From Macrostomum lignano (Eukaryota): a stretch of DNA of 64,000 nt. The notes under the pieces were generated by a model. It was not told the DNA's origin, ran no database searches, and saw only the letters and a list, made by a program, of their open reading frames with translations. The position numbers and the translations under genes were made by a program. The DNA is taken from contig NIVC01002323.1 of the NCBI GenBank assembly GCA_002269645.1, forward strand, positions 119,779 to 183,778, read 5' to 3'. Below, piece after piece: positions 1 through 13,100 of the stretch. Numbering within the stretch: the first letter of the stretch is position 1; each line of letters begins with the position of its first letter.

Positions 1-190
1 CAGTGGAGGCCTTCACCCGGCATGTGGAGGAGGTGCCTGCTTCAGATTGGTCCAGCTGCTTCAGCAAGTGATTTAGGCGCATGAAAATTTGCATCGAATC
101 TGCTGAAGAGTACTTTGAAAAGATGTAAGTGTTTTTTCTCTCTAACTATTTCTGTCTGGGCACATCCGGAAACTTATTGCTCAGCCCTCG
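1..190 (+). mobile_element. 3' end of a decayed mariner (Tc1/mariner) transposon: transposase C-terminus plus right TIR
   Basis: Frame 3-128 reads VEAFTRHVEEVPASDWSSCFSK*FRRMKICIESAEEYFEKM*, a mariner-type C-terminus (CF..W..R...CI...GEYFE) with TGG>TGA at 69-71. The TIR ends ...AAACTTATTGCTCAGCCCTCG (190) followed by TA (191-192). Its reverse complement CGAGGG... is an irritans/Hsmar2-style terminus. Confidence 0.85.
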
Positions 191-492
191 TAAGTTTGGA
201 GTGATTTGAGAGAATGAAAACTCTAAAGGGAACATATTAATAACAAAGTTGTCGCAATGCATTATTAATTAGTCCGCAGTTTTATGAGTAATTATTGGGA
301 AATTCCTGGATGTATTTATTATAGTATCGTAAACAGTATTGTTATCAATCATGTCTGCACGTCTATGGTTGATATCTTTAATGGCTTATTTATAGACGTA
401 GTTTAAATAGGGTAGAGTTTACTGATTTATAAAAATTTTAAATGAAACACAACGATCAAAAGTAAATTTGACAAGCAAAATAAAAGTACATT

Positions 493-771
493 ATGTCTTC
501 GACCATCAAACCAACTACAGCCGAACAGTTCGACTTGGAGTACGTCAGCAAGCGCGCGCTACAGCCCGAATTAATCGAACTAAAGTCCAAACCATGGACC
601 GATTGGATATTCCCAATCGGTAACGTGGTCCTCTGCGTGATTGTTGGCATATTCACGGTCGTCGAGTTCAACTGGCGCTTGCGTAGGAAACGTCAAGCCG
701 CCGCCAAAGAGGTGAAAGAGTGCAGGTACTTGGATCCCATGCCAAGCCAGGCTGCTTCAAAGGAAGAATAA
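493..771 (+). CDS. Putative 92-aa single-pass membrane protein, intronless
   Basis: GC-richer ATG-TAA ORF in AT-rich flanks. One hydrophobic segment (WIFPIGNVVLCVIVGIFTVVEF) is followed by basic RLRRKRQ (positive-inside rule). No recognisable family. Confidence 0.5.
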   Translation: MSSTIKPTTAEQFDLEYVSKRALQPELIELKSKPWTDWIFPIGNVVLCVIVGIFTVVEFNWRLRRKRQAAAKEVKECRYLDPMPSQAASKEE

Positions 772-1556
772 GTTTCTTTTAACTTGACCATATTGCACTA
801 TAGCATTCTAACCATTTAAGCAAGTGGAATGAAAGTCAATATTTTTTCGTGATTACTAGTTAATTATGCTGTAACTATAATATATTTCAATGCATTAGTA
901 TGCTTTGATTCTAACTTCATCGGCACCAACCAGTACAGAAACTTTTTGATTATCATTGTTTTTTAAGCCGGACAAATTATTGTATCATCTTAGCCATCAG
1001 AATAAGGTTACTAGACCTCCTACATGCATGTAGTGGTGAATTCTTTACTTGATACTTTGGTATATGATAAATATGAAGAAACGATGACGTGGAAAATGAT
1101 AGGTTTTATTCAAATAAATGTTCATGTACTATGTACACGTAAGCTGCTCTGCTTAGTAATTTGTTGCAACATTACGGAAAGGTATATTGCTTTTAAAAAT
1201 GCGCAGGTTCCGCTTTTTAGACATATAATACGCTAGATGTGATATAAAGCTGCACTTTTAAAAAAGTATCTAGATTTTACTGCATTTATAAACGCTAAGC
1301 AATCTATGTTACTCATGAAGTTTCTTATTCTTCGAGTTACAAATGGATATTTAAACTGATCGCTACTTTATATTTTCGCTTTCAACACAACAAAAGTTTT
1401 TTTACAAAGCCTAATATTTGTCAGAATAATTAATAGACCTTAATAGATTTAGCAGAAAATGTAACTTATAGGAAATTTTTTTAACTTTTGTGGGCTAACA
1501 TAAGATCATTAGTCAACCCTTTGATTTGAAGTTTAAATTTGGTCATCGAGTTCTAA

Positions 1557-1816
1557 GGGCCTTTTCATATTACCAATTCCAGAACCAGAATCGGTTCGGA
1601 ATTCCAAGAAAAAGCGCAGTATAACTATTAAACTCTGTTAATATTTGACTGCCTTAACAACCTAACTTAGCACAATTTTTCACTTTCTTCTTGGCGATTG
1701 TCATTCAATAATAAAAACTTTATAGCACGTATCTCCCTCTAGTTATGGAGACAAAAAGTTATACTTCACAAATTGGTTCTGGTTCTGGAACCAGAGCAAG
1801 CAATATGAAAAGGCCC
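1557..1816. mobile_element. PIF/Harbinger (Tourist-like) MITE, 260 bp
   Basis: Perfect 15-bp TIR GGGCCTTTTCATATT (1557-1571) / AATATGAAAAGGCCC (1802-1816). TAA target duplication at 1554-1556 and 1817-1819. Subterminal TTCCAGAACCAGAA is also inverted. Confidence 0.85.
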
Positions 1817-2411
1817 TAAGACTGTTGTTTTTTAAGCGTTTTTAAAAATCTGACCGAAGTCACGCGTGGGTGGAGACGGAGGCGGGCGAACTCGCAGTGT
1901 CAACACTGCCGGGTTTCTAATTATTTGTCTATTTAGTCTAAATAATACTAAATCTAATACTAAATATTTCTTACGCTAACAAATAGCTATAAAACAGTAA
2001 TCCTGTAATTGTAGGCCTATCTGCTATCATAGGACCTAACGGCTAACGCTGACAAATAATTGTGTTAGATAAGCCTTCAAATTTATTTAGGAAATTAGCT
2101 ACTACTAAGCCTACTGGACTCTAGACTATGATAAGACTAGTCAGTAGGTCAGTAATCTAGTATGGTGTCACAAGCCTAGGTAGCCTAGGCTGCCCTAGCC
2201 TAGTACAAGTCTTGGATCTACTAGGCTAGGCTAGGCTAGGGCTAGGCCTAAACAAGATTTTTTTTAATGGTCTAGTCCTATTTCATATAGTCCATACTAA
2301 AAATGGTTTGTAATTTGTATTGTCCTAAATTTTAAAACTTTTAACATTTTACTAGGCCTAGTATTAGTAAAAATTATTGTTAAAAACTTAAATTATAGGC
2401 CCTATTAAGTA

Positions 2412-3156
2412 TGTAGTGTCTATTTGTCCAGCTGAGCTGTATAAATAGCCATTTTTGTTTCTTTTCCGGCTGGCCAGACAAATAGCTAATGTCATTATTT
2501 TCCAGCTGAGCTGGATAAAAAGCTGTTGTCGTTAGTTGTCTGGCTCAGCCTCTCTCTCCTTCTCCGGCTCTCTACGCCTGTCTTTATCTCTAGTTCCTCC
2601 ATCTTCAAAGTGTGCCAGCAGACTAATGACCTGCTTAATCAAAGCGTGCCATGCAGAAATTTAAAGAGTTCCTAATTTCAAATCATTATCTGGCAAAATG
2701 GCGAAAGGAAATTACATTCATGTTTTTACATTTATGTTTGAAAGAATGAAAACTGCATGTGGCATTTTAGTGCAGATATATTTACATTTAGGTAATATAT
2801 AAGCATATAAATGTATTTATGAACATGCAGAACTTACGCGAATTCGGCATTACAATTGTCAAACAGTACATAAGTTGCATAAGTTGGTTCAAAGTTCCAA
2901 TCACTGATTCAACTTATCTGAAATATCTAGGCCTATACCCAGATTGAGTCTTAAAAAATCTTAGAGTTTCTAAAATACTACAAAGTCTTTATTTGTACAT
3001 GTACATGTACATATATGACTCAGCCCAACAAATAATGACAATAGATATTTATCCGTCTCAGCCAGAAAAATAATGACATTAGCTATTTGTATGGCTAGCC
3101 AAAAAAGAAACAAAGATGGCTATTTATACAGCTCAGCTAGACAAAATGCCACTATG
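2412..3156. mobile_element. Mutator-like (MULE) non-autonomous element, 745 bp
   Basis: About 140-bp imperfect TIRs (2412-2550 vs about 3017-3156) flanked by a 9-bp direct repeat TATTAAGTA (2403-2411, 3157-3165). Confidence 0.75.
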
Positions 3157-5561
3157 TATTAAGTATCATGTTTTTAAAGGTATGGTTAAATTTTGTTTAT
3201 TTTTTGATGAAAATATTAATGATATTTTAAAACACCTTTGTTTCAAAACCTTTTTTTGATTTAGTAATCTTAACTCATGAAAATCAAAAGACTTTTTATA
3301 AGAAATTTTCGGTATACAATTAATTGATTTTTTTACATCATACTTAGAGACACGGCCACCATTTCTACAAATTTTTGGATTATAAACATGGCCGCTGTGT
3401 TTCTAATAGTGCCTAAGTCTATATTTATAGGCACAGCCAGCTCTAATATTATATTAAGCTTTAATATTATAGACTTTGTCTCTAACCATAGTCAGGATCA
3501 TGCTATGTGTGCGCTCGAAGCTACCCCAAAATTTTTTTTGCAGTGTGCGCCAGGTACGCCAGGCAAAATGCACAAATGTGCCAGGTGCGCCAGTCTTAAA
3601 TCCTAATCCTAATGTAAAAAAAATTGCAATATACACAAAATCACAATATATTGTAAGTTGTAACGTTTCGTGTAATTGCAAGTAAAGATTATAAAGTTGA
3701 AGATTTGAAGATTTATGTTTTTAATTTCAAAAATAAAGAATAAAAGGAGAAATAAAACACAATTTAGAGAATATTTTAAATGAAGCAACGGTTGTCAATT
3801 GTCATAACAATATATTTGTGAAATCATTGTTAAACTTTGTGCAAAATTTCATGCTTCATATACTTTATGTTCTTTGATTTTGTCTTTCGCAGTGGTCGTG
3901 GCACAGCCTCCTCCAGTGTGCGCCATGCAGGGTGCACCAATTGTATATATGCCAAGGTGTATGCTAGAAGACCCTTTCAAAATTTTGTGCGCCAAGTGTA
4001 TGCCAGCTGTCCCGAATGTGTGCCAGAATTTCCAGCATACATGACATGATCCTGAGTGTGGGTCTCTAATAGTGCCTAAGTCTATACTTATAGACACCCA
4101 TCGTCAGGAAGATGGCCTTTTTCACAGAAAATTCCATCACAAAAGGGGGTTAAACGTGCACTGCGCTGGCACATTCTGGCACAATAGCAGGCAAAAGAAA
4201 AAAATCCGGCACAGTATGGCATAAAACAAAAAATTGACACAATTTGGTGCAATACAAAAACTTTTGACAAGACAATATTTTCTTAAACAAAAAAATGCAT
4301 GTTGTTTCTTTTTATTAGCACTTTTTGCCAGTGTATTGATGGCTTTTTTAAATTAATACATTTTAATATTGTATTTTCAATGAAAAAGATTCAAATACAT
4401 GTTTTTATGGTATTTTTAAGCAGAAAGTATGGTTTTTTGTGTTTTTTTTTAAATTTCCAACATAGCACAAGCAAACTTATTTGATAGGAATAGTTCTAGT
4501 GCACAGCATGATCAAACTTTTTTGATAGGATTTGTTCCAGCGTAGGCATGCCATGATCCTATCTATTGATAAACATAGCTAGGCTGCTGTGTCTATAATA
4601 TTAGAGCTTATAGACACAGTGAGTTGGCAATTGTGTCCATATAGTATAGGTCTACTGATGTACATTTAGCTAATATAAGATTCTTGTTCTTGTATATACT
4701 ACTGCACAATCTAGACCCTGGGGGGGGGGGCATACATGTGCAACATCCAAAATTTGGTCAGCTATGCAACTTAGTTTTAACAAAAAATGTGACAGTTTTT
4801 GGCCAAAAATGCAACTTACATGTAAAAGATATGTCTCTCTCCCTTGCTGCCTTCTGATTGGCTCTCCATTTTCACCTCTCTCTTTAGTTGTGCACTCCAT
4901 CCCTCTCCTTATTATCTTCAATTCAAACCCCCCTGCAAGTTAATGTTCTATAAATATATCAGTTTGGGCCATGCATCCATTTACTGTTCCTTACTGCTCT
5001 TTTTCTCTCTCAGTATCAATTAGTTTTCCCTCAGAGTTAATTAAGTATTAACTCCAATTAAATAGTCTTTAGTTTAGTTTTTAGTCTTATTTTCTTGACA
5101 CTTATTAAGGCAAAATGCCTCATTATCTACTTAGTACTACTTGGGTATTTATTTGGGTGGATATGGGTGGAAAATATAAATTATAAAACTAATACTAATA
5201 TAAAATAATATAATGTTAACTTTTTAATTCATATTTATCATAATTTTAAATTATCTATTAATTTGTTAGCGTTATATAGGGAAGGGGCTTAGGGAGCTAG
5301 TGTAGCCTCCCTTCCCTCCAATTGCCTAGGGGGGTAATGATTGAAATCTATTGTATGGAGGCCATTAAGCTATATACCACTTTCTGTTCTATCTTTTATT
5401 ATCTTGTCTAGGTACATTTGAACAACTTTGACTCTGAATTCTTATCTTGTCTTATTTCTTCTCTCATATTACTCTTGATGAACTCAATCATTGTCTTAAG
5501 GCCCTATTTAGCATGTTTTACTAGTATTATTATTACTATCCCTCTTCTCAATAGAGGGCAA

Positions 5562-6123
5562 GGGGGGTTTCACAAACTCAAAATATCACAATGTCGAAAG
5601 CACCCTCTTTCTCAAGATTGAAATTTCATAACATCAAAAATTCAAATAGCAACCACTTTCACAAGGTTGAAACTTCATACGGTCGAAATTTCACAAGGTC
5701 AAAATTTCATAACATCGAAAACTCAAATAGCAACCACTTTCACAAGGTCGAAACTTCATATGGTTGAAATTTCACAACATCGAAAACTTTAGCAAGGGAC
5801 TTCATAAGGTCAAAATTTCACAATGTAGAAAACTACCGTATGGTTCTTAACTTCTTGTTATATTAAATTTTCGACGTTGTGAAATTTCAAGCTTATGAAG
5901 TTTCGACCTTGTGAAATTTCGACTTAATGATATCTCTTGCTAGAGTTTTCGGTGTTGTGAAATCTTGATCTTGTGAAATTTCGACCTTGTGAAAGTGGCT
6001 GCCATTTGAGTTTTCTACATTATGAAATTTTGACCTTGTGAAATTTCGATCTTGTGAAGTTTCGACCTTGTGAAATAATTTACTTTTCGACGTTGTGAAA
6101 TTTCGACCTTGTGAAAGCACCCC
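5562..6123. mobile_element. Foldback-type MITE, 562 bp, with internally repetitive inverted arms
   Basis: Termini GGGGGGTTTCACAA / TTGTGAAAGCACCCC. Arms are built of TTTCACAAGGTCGAAA-type subrepeats in opposite orientation. 8-bp TSD GAGGGCAA (5554-5561, 6124-6131). Superfamily not assignable. Confidence 0.8.
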
Positions 6124-6285
6124 GAGGGCAATCCCAAATGGAAAAATCCTGAGTATGCTAGTATAATTAGTATTCACTTAGTATTAATTATATTTTTTTA
6201 TATAGCTAAGAATTATTTATTTAATAATACCAACTAAATTCATGCAATCTACACTATAGAATAAATTATTAAATCAATTCTAAAC

Positions 6286-9200
6286 ATGGATGCACCATCA
6301 ACTTGGGTTATTGTTATGACGCCAATTCGTTGTGGCCAAATGACAACTCTAGAGTGTGTGCGTACCTCTGAAGAGCATATTGATCAAAAGAAAGTCGCCC
6401 ACATGGCTACAGGAGTTAATCAAGGAATTGTTATCAACAAGGCCATTGTTGATGATAGTAAGTAGTTGCATTATTTTTTTGGAATTGTTTAATAGCTAAT
6501 TATTCATTGCAACTTTGAAGATCAAGTTTCATCAAGAAGCTGTCACTAAAGTTTGTCCCCTAATCACTTTTGAGATCCCAGACAGCCCCTGAAATTCGTT
6601 CCTTGATCCAACCTCAGACTTAAAGGGGAGATTCGTCCCCTAAACCACCCCAGAAGTGAGATTCGTCCTCTAAACCAACCTCAGAGGTGAGATTCGTCCG
6701 CTAAACCCAACTCAGACTCAGAGGTGAGATTCGTCCCCTTAACCAACCCCTGAAGTGAGATTCGTCCCCTTAACCAACCCCTGAAGTGAGATTCGTCCCC
6801 TTAACCAATCCCTGAGGTGAGATTTGTCCCCTTAACCAATCCCTGAGGTGAGTTTTGTCTTCGAAACCACTCTTAATATCATCCTAAAGTCGCCTCCTCC
6901 CTCGAGAACCGCTTTCAATTTTCGCTAAGTTTAATTTTACGAGTTCAATATATTTTACTAATATATTCTATTATTATGCTAGAGTACAATCAGCAGCTTC
7001 TATGTATATACAGTGCTCAATGCTCAGGTATTTTTGTGGTATTACAAGCTAACAATCTCGCTAGAAAGATTCCATTGTCTCTCCAAAGATCCTACTCTAT
7101 AAAATCCTCATTCTATATTACTCTGGCGCCACTTTGACGGCTGGTTTATTGGTGTGTTAAGAGAAAGAGGAACATCGTTATTCTCTAGACTGGGGCACCG
7201 AGGCAGATTAGAGCTTGGTTGTAATTTGCGTGTGTTATTAGGGTCATAAATACATGTATATTGTATGTCTTGCTAACTCTATGTATGCATTTACATGTTC
7301 TTTTCATCAATTGACTTTAGTAAACGTTAATCCAGATATTATTAATTTAGATTAGAAATCAGATGATTATCTACAGAATATAGAAATTACTTATGGGATT
7401 TTTTATGAGTCCTTATTACTAATCAGTAATCTGCATGCCAACTAGCTCTATTATAAATGTGCGTGTGTGTACACTGTACAGGCTAAGGGTAAGGGATTCG
7501 ATTCGATGTCTGAATTTAATATTATACAGTTGGCAGTGAGCCAACAGCTGCCCAGCTAGGAGAATTGATGACTGTAGAGGAATGGGGGAGGCTTTAGTGC
7601 GCATCCCGGCCCGAGGGTGATTCCTCATGAGAGCATTACTTTTATTTAGATCTATGCAGAGATTATGTTGAAAAAAATACTTCGCAGATTAACCAAAAGT
7701 TTCTACTCGTATAGCGCCAGTTAGAGGCGGCGCCAGCTACAAAGGGGACGCCAGCTACAGAGGCGGCGCCAGCTACAAAGAGGGCGCCAGCTGCAGAGGG
7801 GGTGCCAGCTACAGAGGGGGTGCCAGCTACAGAGGGGATGCCAGCTACAAAGGGGGCGCCAGCTACAGAGGGGATGCCAGCTACAAAGGGGGCGCCAGCT
7901 ACAAAGGGGCCGTCAGCAACAAAGGGGCGCCAGTTACAGATGGGGCGCGCCAGTTACAGATGGGGCGCGCCAGTTACAGATGGGGCGCCAGCTACAGGGG
8001 GGCGCCAGCTACTGAGAGGTCGCTAGTTACAGAGAGGGCGCTAGTTACAGAGAGGGCGCTAGTTACAGAGAGGCGCCAGCTACAAAGGGGGCGCCAGCTA
8101 CAAAGGGGGCGCCAGCAACAAAGGGGCGCCAGTTACAGATGGGGCGCCAGCTACAGAGAGGGCGCTAGTTACAGAGAGGGCGCTAGTTACAGAGAGGCGC
8201 CAGCTACAAAGAGGGCGCCAGCTACAGAGGGGACGCCAGCAACAAAGGGGCGCCAGTTACAGATGGGATGCCAGCTGCAGAGGGGATGCCAGCTACAGAG
8301 GCGCCAGTTACAGATGGGATGCCAGCTACAGATGGGATGCCAGCTACAGATGGGATGCAAGCTACAGATGGGATGCCAGCTACAGAGGCGTAGGCTACAG
8401 ATGGGATGCCAGCTACAGAGGCGTAGGCTACAGATGGGGTGCCAGTTACAGATGGGATGCCAGCTACAGATGGGATGCCAGCTGCAGAGGGGATGCCAGC
8501 TACAGAGGCGCCAGTTACAGATGGGATGCCAGCTACAGATGGGATGCCAGCTACAGATGGGATGCAAGCTACAGATGGGATGCCAGCTACAGAGGCGTAG
8601 GCTACAGATGGGATGCCAGCTACAGAGGCGTAGGCTACAGATGGGATGCCAGCTACAGAGGCGTAGGCTACAGATGGGGTGCCAGTTACAGATGGGATCC
8701 CAGCTACAGATGGGATGCCAGCTGCAGATGGGATGCCAGCTACAGAGGCGCAGGCTACAGAGTTTCCTGTAACTCCTACTGGAAGCTGACTGCAGCGAGT
8801 TTGCTAACAAGCTTTTAGAAGCGGGAAAATCTCCCGCTCTAATAGTGCATTGTGGTGAAGTCTGACGCTTACATTAGGATTATCCTTAAAAACAGGAACG
8901 TGCAATTGTATTATTCATTTTCCCAGTCCTCAATCCAATTTAGCCCTTGAATTTTTTGTGCCGGAGATCTGAAGGATGTTTATTAAACCAGTTTGCATGA
9001 CTCATCACCTCAATTCACATTGTTGCTTTCGACTATATACTTGGTCTGTTTTGCTACAAAATTGCTAGCTGGGTACACTGTCCTAAAATTAGGTCTATTT
9101 GACGCTTTCTTTTAGAATCAAGCAAGTTTTCATCTCTAGCCGATATGTATCGAAATAAAACTTTTTCGAACAGGCAAAGAGTACAAACGGTTATACGCCA

Positions 9201-10113
9201 GATATTATATAGTTTTTGGTAGACAAAAATGAGAAGAATTAATAATTAATGATTGATATAGAGAGTATTTGCGCAGTTGAAGCTCTGCGCATTTCTGATC
9301 TGATTTTCAGAATTATAAATATATGTGCACTCCAACTATATTTAGTGTGCAGCATAAAGCTTTCATTCTAGCGATATGCTAACACCAGTTTACACACAAT
9401 ATCTTCATTTGTAATTTGTACTTCGATAAATCAATATAATAAACGAAATAATATGCTAGTGATACTACTAACAATTCATAAGTGAATATTTGCTTAATCA
9501 ATTTTTGTCTTTGTCAGATGGCACCTACGATCAGCTGACCGATTCGGAGTCGGAAATAACCTACAAGTGTTTTGTAGTGAATCAGGATTCCAGAGATATG
9601 AGAGCGGTGAGTCACCTTTATAAATTTATTCATTCACACACACATTGAATTTGTCTGCCTATGGGCTCTGCCCTACGTGTGTAAATGTTTGTGCGCTAGT
9701 AAGCTGGATACAGGAGTTACGTAATCAATCAAAATCCTCGTCAAATCGGATTTATTGTTATGTTGCGTAACTCTCAACTGTTAATTTAATATCTTGGTAT
9801 GTTCGAAGTAGAGAGGGTGTTCATGCTGTTTGTCTGAGGCCTTAACTAAGCCAAAATACTGCCTTTCGCTGGTGTTAAGATCTAGATGTGCAATCAGTGC
9901 GCTTCAAGATATTGCTGTAGTCTGTAGTCTTTTGGATTGTTATATGGATGAATTAGTTGTAGTCAGAGGTGGGTGTTTAGATAGACAGACAGATATACAG
10001 ATAGGTAGATAGATAGACAGATAGGTAGGTAGATAGATAGATAAATAGATATATAGATAGACAGATAGATAAATAGATAGGTAGATAGATAGATAGATAG
10101 ATAAATAGATAGG

Positions 10114-10169
<56 letters not shown>

Positions 10170-13100
10170 AAGATAGATAGATAGATAGATAGACAGATAG
10201 ATATTCATAGATTGATAGATAAATATGCAGTTAGTTAAACCTATTGATATATAAACATCAGGACGGACTTTCGCACTATGCGGATACTTACGCTATCTAA
10301 GATAAGCTTTCAGGCATTTATAATTAAAGTTAATTAGAGTTTCTAGTCAATTGTAGAATATTTTGTTCTTAATTTACCAGGAGCTCCGCAAGCTGAAGTT
10401 CTGGTTCGTGTCCACCATTCATAAGAAGGTCACCAGCTTCCTAGTGCAGACGTCGTTCATGTTCTTTAACGACCTGATCACGCCGGGTCACGTGCCCAAG
10501 GACTACGCCAGTTTCATCAAGCGAGTCATGCGCCTGATGCTGCTGGACAAGTATCAGAATATTTCTCGAATCCATCTGGATGTTGTGCCGCTGGACATCA
10601 AGGAAGCCGGCATTGACGGCTTGGAAGGTAAACTTAATACTTGTGTGTGCAGATTCCTATTCAGCCTGCTTTTTAATTACAAATAAACGCACATCATCTA
10701 CTCTTAGTAGAACTACTGGCATTTGCATATTAGTATTCAATTTGTCCATAATCGCGCAATATCGACTGATTTCAGATGTGAATGGTGTTGGTGGTAAGAA
10801 CGGAGATTTTTTAGATATTGATTACTCACTGTTTTCTAGTCATTTCATATATTTTGTTGTTATATTGCATGTAGTTAGTATGTCGTTTTTATTCCATATA
10901 AATTGGTTATTTTTTACCTTTAAATTTGAGTCTTATTTACGATAAGCACCAGCTGAATATGGCGTCCCAAACGCACAATGCAAGTTTTTTAAGTAGTGAC
11001 TGGTTAATTTTTGTTGTGTTTTTTATGTAAAATTTTTTTTATATTGATAGTCACAGGCAATCAGAACGCCTCCCATCGACTCTTTATTCATTAGCGTTTT
11101 TTCTTTCGCTGTATATGTCTTAGACACTACTTGTAGTATCGGTGACGGGGAATAATAGTTAGCTTTGTCTAGATTTATTAGATATTAAATCGATTTTAAT
11201 TACTGAAAAATCATGTCTGCAATCATTTCTAGATCGAGACGATCGGCCTGTTGAAGTGCGCGTCCAAGAGCAAGTGATGCGCACTATTGAAGAGGCTTAT
11301 CCTAATGTGCTTACTACTGAAGAGTTGTCAAAGTGAGTAGTGTGTTGAGTTTTTAATCTTATTATTGACACAGATTGCTTTGTAAAATCTTGTAAACTTT
11401 TTAGTTGGTAAACATTCAACTTGGTACTAGAGTTGTTACTATGATATATTCAATTTTTCATTGATATTTGGTTGCTAGGGTAGTTTATTTCAGCCTTATC
11501 TGTTGCTAGGGTAGTTTATTCAACCTTTTCTGGTTGCTAGGGTAGTTTATTTTAATCTTTACTGGTTGCTAGGGTAGTTTATTTTAACCTTTACTGGTTG
11601 CTAGGGTAGTTTATTTTAACCTTTACTGGTTGCTAGGGTAGTTTATTTCAACCTTATCTAGTTTCTAGGGTAGTTTTTTGCAACCTTTTCTGGTTGCTAG
11701 GGTAGTTTGTTTCAACCTTTTCTGGTTGCTAGGGTAATGTTATTTCAACATTTAATGTTTACCTGGTTGCTAGGTTAAATTATTTCAATATTCGTCTGGT
11801 TGCTAGGGTATTTATTTCAATATTCATCTGGTTGCTAGGGTAATTTATTTCAACATCATTCGGTTGCTAGGGCCAAATAAGTTGTTAAGTCAGCAGGTGT
11901 TAATACCATACGAATAATCCGCACTGCAGGGTGGTCCAACAGGACGAGAAGCTGGTGCTGCGCATCCTAGACCAGCTGCTAACCGAAGGCAGGCTTCATC
12001 GTGTCGCCATGGAGGGCCGCAATCGAGGCAAGTTCGCCTACGTGCTGCAGGTGCAAACGGGACAAGACGATACCAACGCGGAACTGGGCATGGGCAAAGT
12101 TGAAGAAATTAACGAAGGAAATATGGACGTGATCACTAAGATGAAGGAGAAACCCACCGTGGCCATCATCACTAATCTGATGTGCGAGAAACGCGCTGTA
12201 GACGCCGTTATGCAAGACAAAACCACCTACGTTCGCTACGAGACTAAAGGCGGTGACTCTCACGTGTACACCATCGGCTATATTGGCGCGCACAAGTGCG
12301 TGAGCACTAAACTGCCAGCCGTTGGTCGCGACCGGCGAGCCAAGATTGCTAGCGGCAATACTACTACTAGACTGTTGGGCACCTTCCAGGTGAGCTCAAC
12401 GGGATCAGCGTGTCTGACTCTCCCGCCGCATTGGGCCCCTGGTTCGATTCACCACATTTACCTGTGTGAGCGTGTGTATAAAATTGTGCTCAGGAGACAA
12501 CACAATGGGCAGAATTGTCTCAGCGTTGGTTGTGGGACGGTGTCGCTGAAGGTCCCACAGCCTTCCTGCCACTGCTTATCACTTATTCAGATGAGCTATA
12601 ATGCTAATTTGTATGAATTCTTGCCGCGTATTTTTCAGTCAAATGGGATCCTACTTTAAAATTCTAAATCCCAATCTTGCGCTCGTAGTGAAGTTCCGAC
12701 GTTAGTAAGATTCCGACACTAGTAAGATTCGATCCCACATTAGTAAGATTCCCACATTAGTAAGATTCCGACATTAGTAAGATTCCGACACTAGTAAGAT
12801 TCCGACACTAGTAAGATTCCGACACTAGTAAGATTCCCACATTAGTAAGATTCCGACATTAGTAAGATTCCGACACTAGTAAGATTCCGACACTAGTAAG
12901 ATTCCGACGTTCGTAAGATTCCGACATTAGTAAGATTCCGACATTAGTAAGATTCCGACACTAGTAAGATTCCGACACTAGTAAGATTCCGACGTTCGTA
13001 AGATTCCGACACTAGTAAGATTCCGTCATTATTGAAATTCCGACATCGCTAAAATGCAGACTAATCGCTAAAAGCTATTACATCTAACCCAACATATCGG

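Noticed and set aside
7802-8810. Repetitive ORFs (QLQMGC, PATEG)
   Set aside because: Intronic GCCAGCTACA minisatellite.
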